In this document: in pieces, positions 14,382-25,670 of the stretch
Position numbering within the stretch: the first letter of the stretch is position 1
Layout of the letters: each line of letters starts with the position of its first letter
Source of the DNA: Vicugna vicugna
Taxonomy: Eukaryota
Assembly: GCA_013265495.1 (NCBI GenBank)
Contig: MU058788.1
Coordinates: 62,001-126,000 of the forward strand
Reading direction: 5' to 3'
Length of the DNA stretch: 64,000 bases
Program-made: the position numbers and the translations under genes
Notes under the pieces: model-generated
What the model saw: only the letters and a program-made list of their open reading frames with translations
The model's database searches: none
Told to the model about the DNA's origin: nothing

Positions 14382-14650
14382 TTTTTTTTTCTGATGGCAC
14401 ATACACATTATATTGCATGTAAATACATATATACAGTATACTACACTTTTTTTTAGTTTACATATGTGTACTAATTATCATTTCTAAGAACAGATTATAG
14501 CTTTAGCTTTTTAAACTTACATAGTTATCAAAGGAATAAAGCCAACTACAAAATAAGAATTAACAGAATGTGGTAATCCAATCATAAATAAAGGACAGTC
14601 AAGTGTGCTGACACATATTCAAGAAATCAATCATCTTAGTTATAAATAAT
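14382..14650 (-). other. Non-L1 poly(A)-tailed segment fused to the L1 3' end (mRNA 3'-end-like)
   Basis: T9 at 14382-14390 reads as poly(A) on the minus strand. A variant poly(A) signal AATATA (14409-14414, minus) lies 18 nt upstream. The segment does not match the L1 3' UTR seen intact at about 57030-57310. Confidence 0.6.
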
Positions 14651-14702
14651 AAGTAGTTCATTTGTGTCATTGTTGTTATTATTATTATTATTTTTAGATT
14701 CC

Positions 14703-17700
14703 TCATATAAGTGATATATGGCATTTTTCTTTCTCTTTCCCGCCCACTTCACTTAGAATGACAATCTTCAGGTCCATCCATATTGCTGCAAATGACATTA
14801 TTTTATTCCTTTTTATGGCTGCGTAGAATTCCATTGTATATATGCACCACATCTTCTTTATCCAGTCATCTATTGATGGACATTTGGGTTGTTTCCATGT
14901 CTTGGCTGTCATAAACAGTGCTGCTGTGAACATTGGGGTGCGTGTGTCTTTTTGAATTTTATTTTTCTCCGGATATATGCTCCAGATAAATGCTGGATCA
15001 CATGGTAAGTCTATTTTCAGTTTCTTAAGGAACCTCCATACTGTCCTCCACAGTGGCTGCCCCAATCTACACTCCCACCAGCAGTGTAGAAGGGCTCCCT
15101 TTTCTCCACACCCTCTCCAGCATCTATCGTTTGTAGACTTTTCAATGATGGCCATTCTGCCTGGTGTGAGGTGGTATCTCATTGTAGTTTTGATGTGCAT
15201 TTCTCTGACAACTAGCGATGCTGAGCATTTTTTCATGTGCCTATTGGCCATTCGTATGTCTTCACTGGAGAATTGCTTGTTTAGGTCTTCTGCCCATTTT
15301 TGGATTGGGTTGCTTGTTTCTTTGATATTAAGGTGTATGAGCTGTTTGTGTATTTGGAAATTTGTCCCTTGTCAGTCACATCATTTACAAATATTTTCTC
15401 CCAGTCTGTAGGTTGTCTTTTCTTTTTGTTGACAAGTCTCCTTAGCTGTGCAAAGGCTTTTAAGTTTAATTGATCTCATTTGTTTATTTTTACTTTTATT
15501 TCCAATACTTCAGGAGCTGCCTCAAAAAATATATTGCTGTAATATAGGTTGGCGAGTGTTGTGCCTATGTTTTCCTCTAGTTTTATAGTATCTGGTCTTA
15601 CGTTGAGGTCTTTAATCCATTTGGAGTTTATTTTGTACATGGTGTTAGAGAATGTTCTAATTTCATTCTTTTACATGGAGCTGTCCAGTTTTCCCAGCAC
15701 CACTTATTGAAGAGAATGTCTTTTCTCCATTGTATATTCTTGCTTCCTTTGTCGTAGATTAATTGACCATATGTGTGTGGGTTTATTTCTGGACTTTCTG
15801 TCCTGTTCCATTGATCTGTGTGTCTGTTTTTGTGCCAGTACCGTATTTTGATTACCGTAACTTTGGAGTATAGTCTAAAGTCAGGGAGCATGATTCCCCC
15901 AACGCCATTCTTCTTTTTCAAAATTGTTTTGGCTGTTTGGGGTCTTTTGTGTTTCCATACAAATTTTAACATTTTTTGTTCCAGCTCTGTGAAGAATGTC
16001 GTTGGTAACTTGGTAGGGACTGCACTGAATCTGTAAATTGCCTTGGGCAGTATGGCCATTTTAACAATCCTGATTCTTCCAATCCAAGAACACGGTGTAT
16101 CTTTTCATTTGTTTATGTCTTCAGTTTCATTCATCAGTGTCTTATAGTTTTTGCCATACAGGTCTTTTGCCTTCCTGGGTAGGTTTATTCCTAGGTACTT
16201 TATTCTTGGCACGATGGTAAATGGTATTGTTTCCTTAATTTCCCTTTCTGCTATTTCATTGTTAGTGTATAGAAATGCAACTGATTTCTGTGTGTTAATT
16301 TTGTATCCTGCGGCTTTACTACATTTATTAATGAGCTCTAGTCGTTTTCCGGTCACTTCTTTAGGGTTTTCTATGTATAGTATCATGTCATCTGCAGACA
16401 GTGACAGTTTTACTTCTTCGTTTCCAATTTGGATTCCTTTTATTTCTTTTTCTTCTCTGATTGCTATGGCTAGGACTTCCAAAACTGTGTTGAATAAAAG
16501 TGGTGAGAGTGGGCATCCTGATCTTAGAGGGGATGCTTTCAGCTTTGCCCCGTTAAGTATGATGTTGGCTGTAGGCTTGTCATGTACAGCCTTTGTTGTG
16601 TTGAGATAGAGTCCGTCTGTGCCCACTTTCTGGAGAGTTTTGATCATAAATGGATGTCGAATTTTATCAAAAGCTTTTTCTGCATCTATTGAGAGTGTCA
16701 TATGGTTTTTATTCTTCAGTTTGTCGATGTGGTGTGTCACGTTGATTTGCAGATACTGAGGAACCTCTGCGTCCCTGGGTTCATCCGACTTGCTCAGGGC
16801 GTATGATCCTTTTAACGCATTGTTGGAGTCAATTTGCTAGTATTTTGTTGAGGATTTTTGCATCTATATTTGTAAGTGGTACTGGCCTACAATTTTTTTT
16901 TTTGTGATATCCTTCTCTGGTTTTGGTATCAGGGTGATGGCCTCATAGAATGAGTCTGGAAGTGTTCCTTCCTTTGTAATTGTTTGGAATAGTTGCAGAA
17001 GGATAGGTGTTAACACTTCTCTGAATGTTTGGTGGAGTTCACCTGTGAAGCCATCTGGCCCTGGACTTCCGTTTGTTGAGAGGTATTTAATTACTGATTC
17101 AGTGTCGGTCCTGGTAATTGGTCTGTTCATATTGTCTATTTCTTCCTGGTTTAGTCTTGGCAGATTGTACCTTTCTAAGAAATTGCCCATTTCTTCTGCA
17201 TTGTCATTTTTGTTGATGTATAGTTGTTCATAGTGTCCTCTTACGATCCCTTGTATTTTTGTGGTGTCAGTTGTAACTTCTCCTTTTTCATTTCTGATTT
17301 TATTAATTTAGGCCCTCTCCCTTTTTTTCTTGATGAGTCTGACTAAAGGCTTACCAATTTTATCTTTTCAAAGAACTAGTTTTTAGTTTCACTGATTATT
17401 TTTTCAAATTTTTTTTAGGCTCTATTTCATTTACTTCTGCTCTAATCTTTATGATTTTTTTTTCTTCTACTAACTTTAGGGTTTGTTCTTCTTTCATCAG
17501 CTGCTTTAGGTGTAAGTTTAGGTTGTTTGCTTGAGATTTTTCTTGTTTCCTGAGGTAGGGTTGTGTCGCTATAAACTTCCCTCTGAGAAGTGCTTTTGCT
17601 GCGTCCCAGAGGTTTCAGATTATTGTGTTTTTGTTTTCATTTGTCTTAAAATATTTTTGATTTCCTCTTTGATTTCTTCCGTGATCCCACTGGCTGTGTA

Positions 17701-19125
17701 GTAGCATACTGTTTAGCCTCCACATATTTGAAGTTTTTGCAGTTTTTTTCTTGTAGTTGATTTCTAACCTGATAGCATTGTGGTCGGAAAAGATACTTGA
17801 TACAATTTCAGTTTTCTTGAATTTGCCGAGGCTAGCTTTGTGGGCCGGCATGTGGTCAGTTCTGGAGGATGTTCCACGTGCACCTGAGAGGAATGTGTAT
17901 TCTTTTGTTTTTGGGTGGAATGCTCTATAGGTATCAGTTAGGTCCATCTGGTCTAATGTGTTATTTAGGGCCTGTATTTCCTTACTGATTTTCTGTCTGG
18001 ATGATCTGTCCATTGGTGTAAGTGGGGTGTTAAGGTCCCCACTATTATTGTGTTATTGTCAATTTCTCCTTTTATGTCTTTTAAAAGTTGCCTTATATAT
18101 TGAGGTGCTCCTGATGCAGGAAAAACGGATGTGGGGCATGAGAAGGGCCGTGTCCCAGGTTTTGGTTGAGCTCCTGCCATGTGCCCTGCCAAATGTGGGT
18201 CCTTGGCTTCATGCAGGAAAGAATTCAAGTGCAAGCCACAGTTGAGTAAAGGTAGATTTATTTACAGAGATATACATTGCATAGAGTGTAAGGCAAGAGA
18301 AAGGCAAGCAAAGAGGTGTGGGAGTTGGGTGCTCAGGTTAAAGTTAAAGTAGGTACACACTCTATAGACAGAGTGCGGGCTGTCTCCAAAGAGGAGGGAG
18401 CGAATAAAGGGCCACCAGGTGTGGTGTTGCTAGTTTTTATGGGCTTGGTAGCTTCACATGCCTGCAGGTGGGACCATTCCAACTGCTCCTGGGGAGGGGC
18501 TGGGATTCCCAGGGATTGGGCCACCACCCGTTCTTTGGCCTTTTTCCATTAGCCTTGGGACTGTCATGGCACCTGCGGGCATGTTATTTGTCACGCTGTT
18601 ACAATGAGCATATAATGAAGTTCAAGGCCTGCTAGAAGTCAAACCTCCCACCATCTTAATTCTCAGGGCCAACTGAGAGTTGAATCTTCCACCATTTTGG
18701 TGTTAAATGGCTGTCCTTCCTTGAGTGGCTCTGCCCTGCCCTCTTCCTTCCTGTCTCACTCCTGTGTTGGGTGCGTATATATTTACAATTGTTATATCTT
18801 CTTCTTGGACTGATCCCTTAAGCATTATGTAGTGCCCTTCTTTGTCTCTTGTAACAGTCTTTATTTTAAAATCTATTTTGTCTGATGTAAGTATTGCTAC
18901 TCCAGCTTTCTTCTGGTTTCCATTTGCATGGAATATCTTTTTCCATCCCCTTACTTTCAACCTGAATGTGTCTCTAGCTCTGAAGTGGGTCTCTTGTAGA
19001 CAGCATATATATAGGTCTTGTTTTTGTATCCGTTCAGCCAGTCTGTGTCTTTTGGTTGGAGCATTTAATCCATTTACATTTAAGGTAATTATTGATAGTT
19101 GTGTTCTTACTGCCATTTTGTTCAT
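14703..19125 (-). pseudogene. L1 ORF2 (endonuclease / reverse transcriptase), disrupted
   Basis: EN N-terminus 'LSIITLNVNGLNAPTKRHRL...CCLQETH' (18703-19125). RT '[10 protein letters not shown]...LSADDMILY...KYLGI' (16105-16740), with FADD changed to SADD. C-terminal '[18 protein letters not shown]' (14703-15251). Multiple frameshifts and stops, plus an LTR insertion. Confidence 0.95.
18112..18758 (-). mobile_element. Solo ERV LTR (ERV1-like, family A) inserted in the L1 endonuclease domain
   Basis: TG...CA termini. 4-bp TSD ctcc at 18108-18111 and 18759-18762. AATAAA on the minus strand near 18260. The L1 peptide 'NIYAPNTG|APQYIRQ' is split at this site. Homologous to 63375-63983. Confidence 0.93.
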
Positions 19126-19192
19126 TGTTTTGAGTTTGTTTTTGTAGGTCTTTTTTTTTTTTTTTTCCGCTTGTTTTCTTGTGCTTTGATGT

Positions 19193-20582
19193 CTAGAGAA
19201 GTTCCTTTAACATTTCTAGTAAAGCTGGTTTGGTGGTGCTGAATTCTTTTAGCTTTTGTTTATCTGTGAAGCATTTGATTTCTCCATCAAGTCCCAAGAG
19301 AGCCTTGCTGGATAGAGTATTCTTGGCTGTAAGTTTTTCCTTTTCAGCACTTTAAATATATCGTGCCGCTCCCTACTGGCCTGAAGGGTTTCTGCTGAAA
19401 AATCAGCCGATAAACTTACGGGAGCTCCCTTGTGTGTTATTCGTTGCTTTTGTCTTGCTGATTTTGATATTCTCTCCTTATTCTTAATTGTTGTCAGTTT
19501 GATGACCTTGTGCCATGGTGTGCTCCTCTTTGGGTTGAGCTGTGTGGGGTTGAGCTGTGTGGGACTCTCTAAGCTTCCTGGACTTGGATGAGTGTTTCCT
19601 TTCCCAAGTTAGGAAAGTTTTCAGTTAGTATCTCTTCAAAAATTCTCAGGTCCTTTCTCTCTCTCTTTTCTTTCTGAGACCCCTATAATGTGAATATTAG
19701 TGCGCTTCATGTAATCCCAGAGTTCTCTTAAACTGTCCTCATTCCTTTTCATTCTTTTTTCTTTTCTCTGTTCTGCAATAGTGATTTCCACTAATCTGTC
19801 TTCTAGCTCACTGGTCCCCGTTCTTCTGCCTCATTTAGTCTATTCTTGGTTCCTTCTGTGAGTGAAAAATACTGCAAATCATATCAGTAAACAAAGAATG
19901 CTGAGGCCATCAAGTCATCAGAGGCTGCCGCCACCCCCCAGTGAAGACAGGCCTGCAGCCCAGCCGCTGCAGCCACTCACAACGGTGCATTCTGAAGGGA
20001 CTCAGAATAAGAGAGGACAGGATACTGGCCCTAGATAGCTGGCCGTGTGACAAGCGTGGAATTCAATGAGCCAAAATGTTTGCTTCCTCCCATACATAGA
20101 AAAGCACTAACTTCTTTAACTTGAGATGCCTGGTTTTCTTTAGATAACAAGTGATCTTCTATTGTTCCAACTCCCTGGTCTTTGTTGTAAAGCTCCTATA
20201 TGTCCTAGCTCCTCCCCTACCTCTTCGGAGCAGTCCCTCAGGGCGACCTGAGAGGCTGTCATCCTGGCTCCAGTCCTCCAGCCAAATGAAACGTAACCCT
20301 CAACTTCTAGGCTGTGCACTTGTTTCAGTCAACACTTCCAGTGTGTTACTCATTTCAATAATTTTTATTCTTCAGCTCTGTTTGGGTATTCTTCATATTT
20401 TCCAGCTCTTTGCTAAAAACTTCGCTCTGTGCATCTGTGCTCCTCTTGAGTTCTCTGAACTTCTTCACCATCATCATTCTGAACTCTTTCTCGGATAAAT
20501 TGCCTGTCTCCTCATCACTTGTTTCTTCTTCTGGGATTTTATCTTGTGCCTTGGCCTCTAGGACATTCCTCTGCCGCCTCGT
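19193..20582 (-). pseudogene. L1 ORF1, disrupted
   Basis: C-terminus reads KEFSTTKPALLEMLKELL* (TAG at 19193-19195). The probable start reads ACG-RRQRN at 20582 (ATG lost). Interrupted by an LTR; about 0.9 kb once the LTR is removed. Confidence 0.8.
19857..20334 (+). mobile_element. Solo ERV LTR (ERV1-like, family B) inserted in L1 ORF1
   Basis: Imperfect inverted termini 'tgtgagtgaaa...tttcagtcaaca'. 4-bp TSD cttc at 19853-19856 and 20335-20338. L1 sequence resumes afterwards. Orientation inferred from TATA-like 'cctatat' and a degenerate poly(A) signal near the right end. Confidence 0.88.
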
Positions 20583-23500
20583 TTTGTCTGTCTTTCTCTT
20601 TGTGTTTTTAGGTGGGCTAGTTATGATTCTTGACCTTGGAGAAGTGACCCTCTGTGGGAGACGTCCTGTGCGTCCCAGCAGTGCACTCCTCCCTTGTCAC
20701 CCGAGGGGCAGGGTCGAGCTGGTCCCAGTGTTTGTGGATTCCTTCCATAGGCTTGGGGCTACTGTTTTCTTATTTCTGGTATCTGCCCTCGTGCCTGGTG
20801 CTGGGCTAGAGGCTTATGCAGGTGTCCTGGCGGGAGAGGTCGGTGTTTGCTCACTGCTGGGTGAAGCTTGGCCTCTGGTGGGTAGGGCCCTGCCTAGTGG
20901 CATTTCCGGCTCAGAAAGTCTGCTGATGAGTGAGGCTGTGTTCCCTCCCAGTATGTTGTTTGGCCTGAGGGTTCCCAGCCCTAAAGCCTTCAGGCTCTTG
21001 CCTGGGGCTGGGTCTTGGTTCTATTAATCCAATCAAGATGTCAGCCTCCAGGGAAGCTCATGTAGATGCACCCTCCCAGAATGTCTGCCACCAGCTTCTG
21101 TGTCCCCTGGGTGAGCTGCAGCCGTCCCTTACCTCCCCAGGAGAACTTCTAAAACCAGCAGGCTGGTCTGGCCCAGGTTCCTGTGTAATCACTGTCTCTG
21201 TCGTGGACCCGGTGCACATGAGATCCCGTGCGCGCCTCCCAAGAGAGTTAAGTCTGTCTCCCCAGTCCTGTGGGGCTCCTGAAGTTAAGCCCCCCTGGAC
21301 TTCAAAACCAGATGGCCTGGAGTCTCCTCCTCCCTCCCCTGGTCTAGGAAGCCTGATGTGGGGGTCAGGACTCTCAGTCCTGCGGAAGCGCCTCTGTGAC
21401 TTAACTGTTCTTCAGCTTGTGGGTCACCCACCCGGGGGGCACGGGGCCCACCTACATCGGGAGCGCGCGCCTCCTACCTTCCTGTGGTGGTTCCGTCCCA
21501 GTGTTTCCAGTCGAAGCAGATCCTTTTTGCTAGGCTCCAGTCTTTTTTCTCGATGGCTGTTCAGAAGTCGGTTGTGGTTTTGTTGTAGTTGCGAGGAGAG
21601 GCGAGTTTGTGGTCCTACTCTGACCTCAGTTTCCTTATTTGTAAAGTGCAGACTTAGGGTCCTGTCTGACTCCCCAGTTTCCCGTTAGCTGATACGCACC
21701 ACGTGGATCTTCCTGCTCCTGATCCCTCTTGCACGTGGAAATCTCCCGAAAAGCTGAGAAGTACTCTCAGGCCACCTGCTCCTGCCACCCCGCTCTTCCC
21801 TCTGTAAGTTAAACCTCTGCAGTGTCTTCACATGTTAGGGTATTGAAAAATTGTTTCACTGCCCCCACCCCCCTGCGCTGTCACATTGTCCCATCGCCCG
21901 CATGCTCAAGGCAGCTTAGCTGGAGCTGTGTCTCTTTGTATGTGAACTGAGCTGACTGCCCACCCAGAGTATGGGGCCTACGTTGCCTTCCTTATTAAGC
22001 AAATTAAGTGGTCTCGGAAAAGCACTCACCATGAAGTCTGGCAGTTAGAAAGCACTCATTAAATGCTCGTTTCTGGCTGCTACTGTGCACGAACTTAGGC
22101 GAAGGGTCCCCTGTGCTGGGAGCCTGGCTGGAAGGCATCTGGATGGCTTGGGTTTACCCCCACTGTTGGGTGGGGGGCCTCGAGGCCCACACATCGGACG
22201 CAGGTGGTTTGGGGGCCGCCGGGGAGGCCGCCAGCACGCGTCGCCCTGTGTCTGGCGCGCACTGGGTCCGGCCCCTCCCCGAGCAGGGAGCTCCTGTCCG
22301 CTGTGCCCCGCAGGGGGACTCCGCAGACTGAGTGTCTGGAATTTCCACTTGGGCTGAGCAGCAGCTCTGAGTGATTAGTCGAGCTTGGCTGACGATGGCT
22401 AACCCGCTTTGGTAAGTTTGTGGGCCACCAGTGACACAGCAAACCTGGGTCAGGATGGAAGCTGGGGGCACTGGAGGAGGTGCTCAGGGTGGATGGGGAC
22501 AGAAGTGGCAGAGGCAGAGGGAGGGACTAGTCCTGCATCCCTGCCCCCCATCCCCTACCTGACTGCTCTCTTGTTTTGCGGTGTGTGTGTGGCGGGGGGG
22601 CAGGGGCTGGAGGCTGAGTTCCTGAGAGATAAGCAGGGACTTGGCTAGTCCAGGTGTGGGTCCCTGGGATAACCCTCTTCTGACCTGATTCTCACAGTCC
22701 CGGAGCAGACAGAGATGGGGGATGCTGGGACCTCCAACCTAAGAACCAGAGGGACTTCTGGGGAAAGAACATCCCTGCTGATTCCTCTCTCTGTGGGGGC
22801 TCGGTGGCCATCTGGCTGGCTGACACAGGGGTCCCCACAGTGGGGCAGGCTGCCTGCTATGCATTGAAGCTCCTTGAACCCTGGGAAAACCCACAGGAGG
22901 CTGGCCCCTGAGCCCCTGCAGCTGGCCCTGCATGGCTGTGGGATGGGAGAGTTGCCTGTCAGCTTGCCCTGCCCCCTCCTCCGGTTTTGCTGCAAGGCTG
23001 GGTCTTGCTGATAAATGTGAAATTAGGAGCCTTAAGGAAGGGACTTTAGTGAGCCTGGTGACTTGCAAACTATTTTGGAGCTGACTTGGGGAAAGGAAGT
23101 GGAGGGTGGTGACACGTACTTAGAAAGGGGTGATCTGTACCACTCTTGAAGGAGGTAAAGCCAATAGTTGAAAGAATTAAACCAGTGATTAAAAAATGTT
23201 TTGAACATTTTGTTGCAAAATAAAACACGGCTATATTAGATGCTTCTTTCTGAATACCACCAAAAATATTCCAGTGTCTGTGGTGACAGCCTCCCTATGC
23301 CTTGGATGAGAGGGTGAGGGTTTTTGTCTGTTACCCCCCTCCCCCGTTATAGAACTGATACACGTTAATGTAAAAAGAAGTAACACGTTTCGAAGGCACA
23401 TTCTCGTGACTCCTAAACTCTATTTGCTTTGTTTTTTTTTTATATACTTGAGATAATAATATGTACAGTTTTTTTTTCCTACCTTGAAAATGTTAGCGCT

Positions 23501-24125
23501 ACATCAGAAGGATATTTTCGCGATCTCAACAGGTTTTGTTAACAATGTTTCCAGCCTACCTAGCTGATTTCTGTCGCTCATTTAACTTACAAGGAATGCC
23601 TTTTTACACCAACCTGGCTGCATTTTTCATTGTTTCCTTGAAATAAATTCCTAAGAGTAGAATTACAGAGTTAGAGAGTTTGAACATTCATAAGGTAGAT
23701 GTCAGCTCCTTTTCAGAAGGGCTGTACCAGTTTATACTTGGGCCAGGAGATTCTTTTGTACCTTTGCCACAATAAATGTTAACACTTGCAAATCAAAGCT
23801 TTGTTCATTGCGTGGGTGGCAGTTGACGTGGCCATTTTCAACTCTTTAATTCTATTGAATGAAACAGCTTCCCATGTGTGTTAACTGGCCTCATAGCCTG
23901 TTTCTCTCATCACTTTGTATACGCTTTTAATAATATTACAAATTTCAACTGTTCATCTCTTTCTGGGGGCTAATATTTTCCCCTTTTTCTTTTTTTTTTT
24001 TAAACAGGAGACCTAACTTTACATAAATTCTTACTGAAGTTTAATTCTTACTCTTTGCATTTATGGATTCTTTCATTGCTTCTAAGCTCAGAAATGCCTT
24101 TCTCATCTAGAAATCAGATAAATGA

Positions 24126-24299
24126 GGGGGAGGGTGTATTGCTCAGTGGGAGAACCTGTGCTAAGCATGCATCACGTCCTGGGTTTGATCCCCAGGACCT
24201 CTGTTAAAACAAGTAAATAAAAACCTAATTAACTCCCCCACCCCCACCCCAAAAAGGACCGATTGAAAAATAAATAAAATTTTAAAAAAGAAAATACGT
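24126..24299 (+). mobile_element. tRNA-derived SINE (camelid Vic-1-like)
   Basis: G-rich head, A-box 'tgctcagtgg', B-box 'ggtttgatccc', A-rich tail. 15-bp TSD aaatcagataa(a/c)tga at 24111-24125 and 24300-24314. Confidence 0.92.
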
Positions 24300-25489
24300 A
24301 AATCAGATAACTGATATTTACTTCCATGCTATTCTGGTGTTTGGTTTGTTTGCCTGATTTCCACATTAAACTCTGTCCCTCTGAATTTACTCGGGGTTTG
24401 TGGGAAGGGGAGTCAAGGCCGCTCTCTCAGTCGCTGACCTGTGGTCCACACGACAGCCACGTGCCGTTGCTTTGTTTCGGGGGCCAGTTTCTAACCTTCC
24501 CTCCTGCGCTTTCCCTCCTTCTGGGTTGGGGCCAGGTGGAGGGTGCCCTGGCGTCAGTGTCCTCCGTGGGGAGGACTAGCTTCCGTGACTCAGCCTCTTT
24601 TGAGGCAGGTGATGCTCTGTATTTACAGAGCTCTTCCCCCGATTCAGCTCATGAGACGTCTCGTGGTCAGGCTCTCCCTCCTCCTCGCTGTGTGACTGGA
24701 AGGCGCCGGGTCGGGCTAGAACACGGGGTGCAGATTGTACCTTTGTGGTCTGCACTGCCTCTCCAGGCTCCTCCCCATGGGTCCAGTGCTCAGAAAATTC
24801 AGGTCCAGTCTTGGCGCTGCCACTTGTTTAAAAAAAAGTCCCTGAGCAGTCTGCCTCAGTTTCTCCACTGTTATTTAAGAACAGTGGAAATTTTTTAAAA
24901 AAAACTATTTGTCTTACCTCTTAAGCTCAAATGAGACAAAGTATTTGAGTGTTTAGAATCATCTAAATGTTAAATAATGAAAAGCATGCATGTAGGAAGA
25001 GATGACATTTGCCGTGTGGCCCTGACCCTTCTGAGGGCTGAGGGGTGGTGGAGATGCTGTCCTGGCCGCCAGCGTGGGTTTTCGTGCTCAGATGAGACCT
25101 GCAGAGGAGGACGCCGTTGACGTGTACGCATCGTTTAGTCTCATGCAGAATCTTTGTCTTGCCCCGATTCCTGAAGCTCTTGCTTTTGCTCTTTCTCTTT
25201 CTCTTTGTGATTCCACTTTGTGATGCTTATTTGAGAGCTGAGGCCGTTCTCCACATTTCTTCATCTCATTTCTGTTGTGCTGACAGAGAAGCTGGATTCA
25301 GCCCTGGTGCCTTCCACTTTTCTTCCTTTGGCTTGTCAGGCACAGACGCCGGGAGCCCTGCCGTCTCCAGGGAGGGCAGGTCAGGAAGGTGGCATCTCTT
25401 AATGACCTCAGTGACCGCCTTTCCTCCTGTCCCCTGTGGAGACGGGGAGAGGAGGGGTGTCTGCTGCAGTCTGGCGGGCTTGGTTGTGA

Positions 25490-25670
25490 ACTTGAAATCC
25501 GTCTCTGCCGTTTATTACTTGAGGAATCTGAGACAAGGGCATTTTTCCGACCCTCAGTTTTCCCTTCTATAAAATGAGGAGAAAAAGATTTGCTCCGGAG
25601 CCTTGTCAGGAGCGCGAAGTGAGCTGGAGTGTGTGAGGCCCTGGGCGAGCAGCAGACGCTCTGTAAGCAT
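25490..25670 (+). mobile_element. MIR fragment
   Basis: MIR core-like 'cctcagttttcccttctataaaatgagg' with compatible flanks. Confidence 0.6.

Larger units (their letters stand above)
14651..21622 (-). mobile_element. Near full-length inactive LINE-1 (cetartiodactyl type) with two nested LTRs
   Basis: GC-richer 5' UTR (about 20583-21622), then ORF1 and ORF2 remnants and the start of the 3' UTR. ORF-track fragments give L1 endonuclease, RT and C-terminal peptides. Confidence 0.97.

Noticed and set aside
14703..20582. Active or domesticated L1 ORFs
   Set aside because: Fragmented by stops, frameshifts and LTRs. The ORF1 start is lost and the RT motif is altered.
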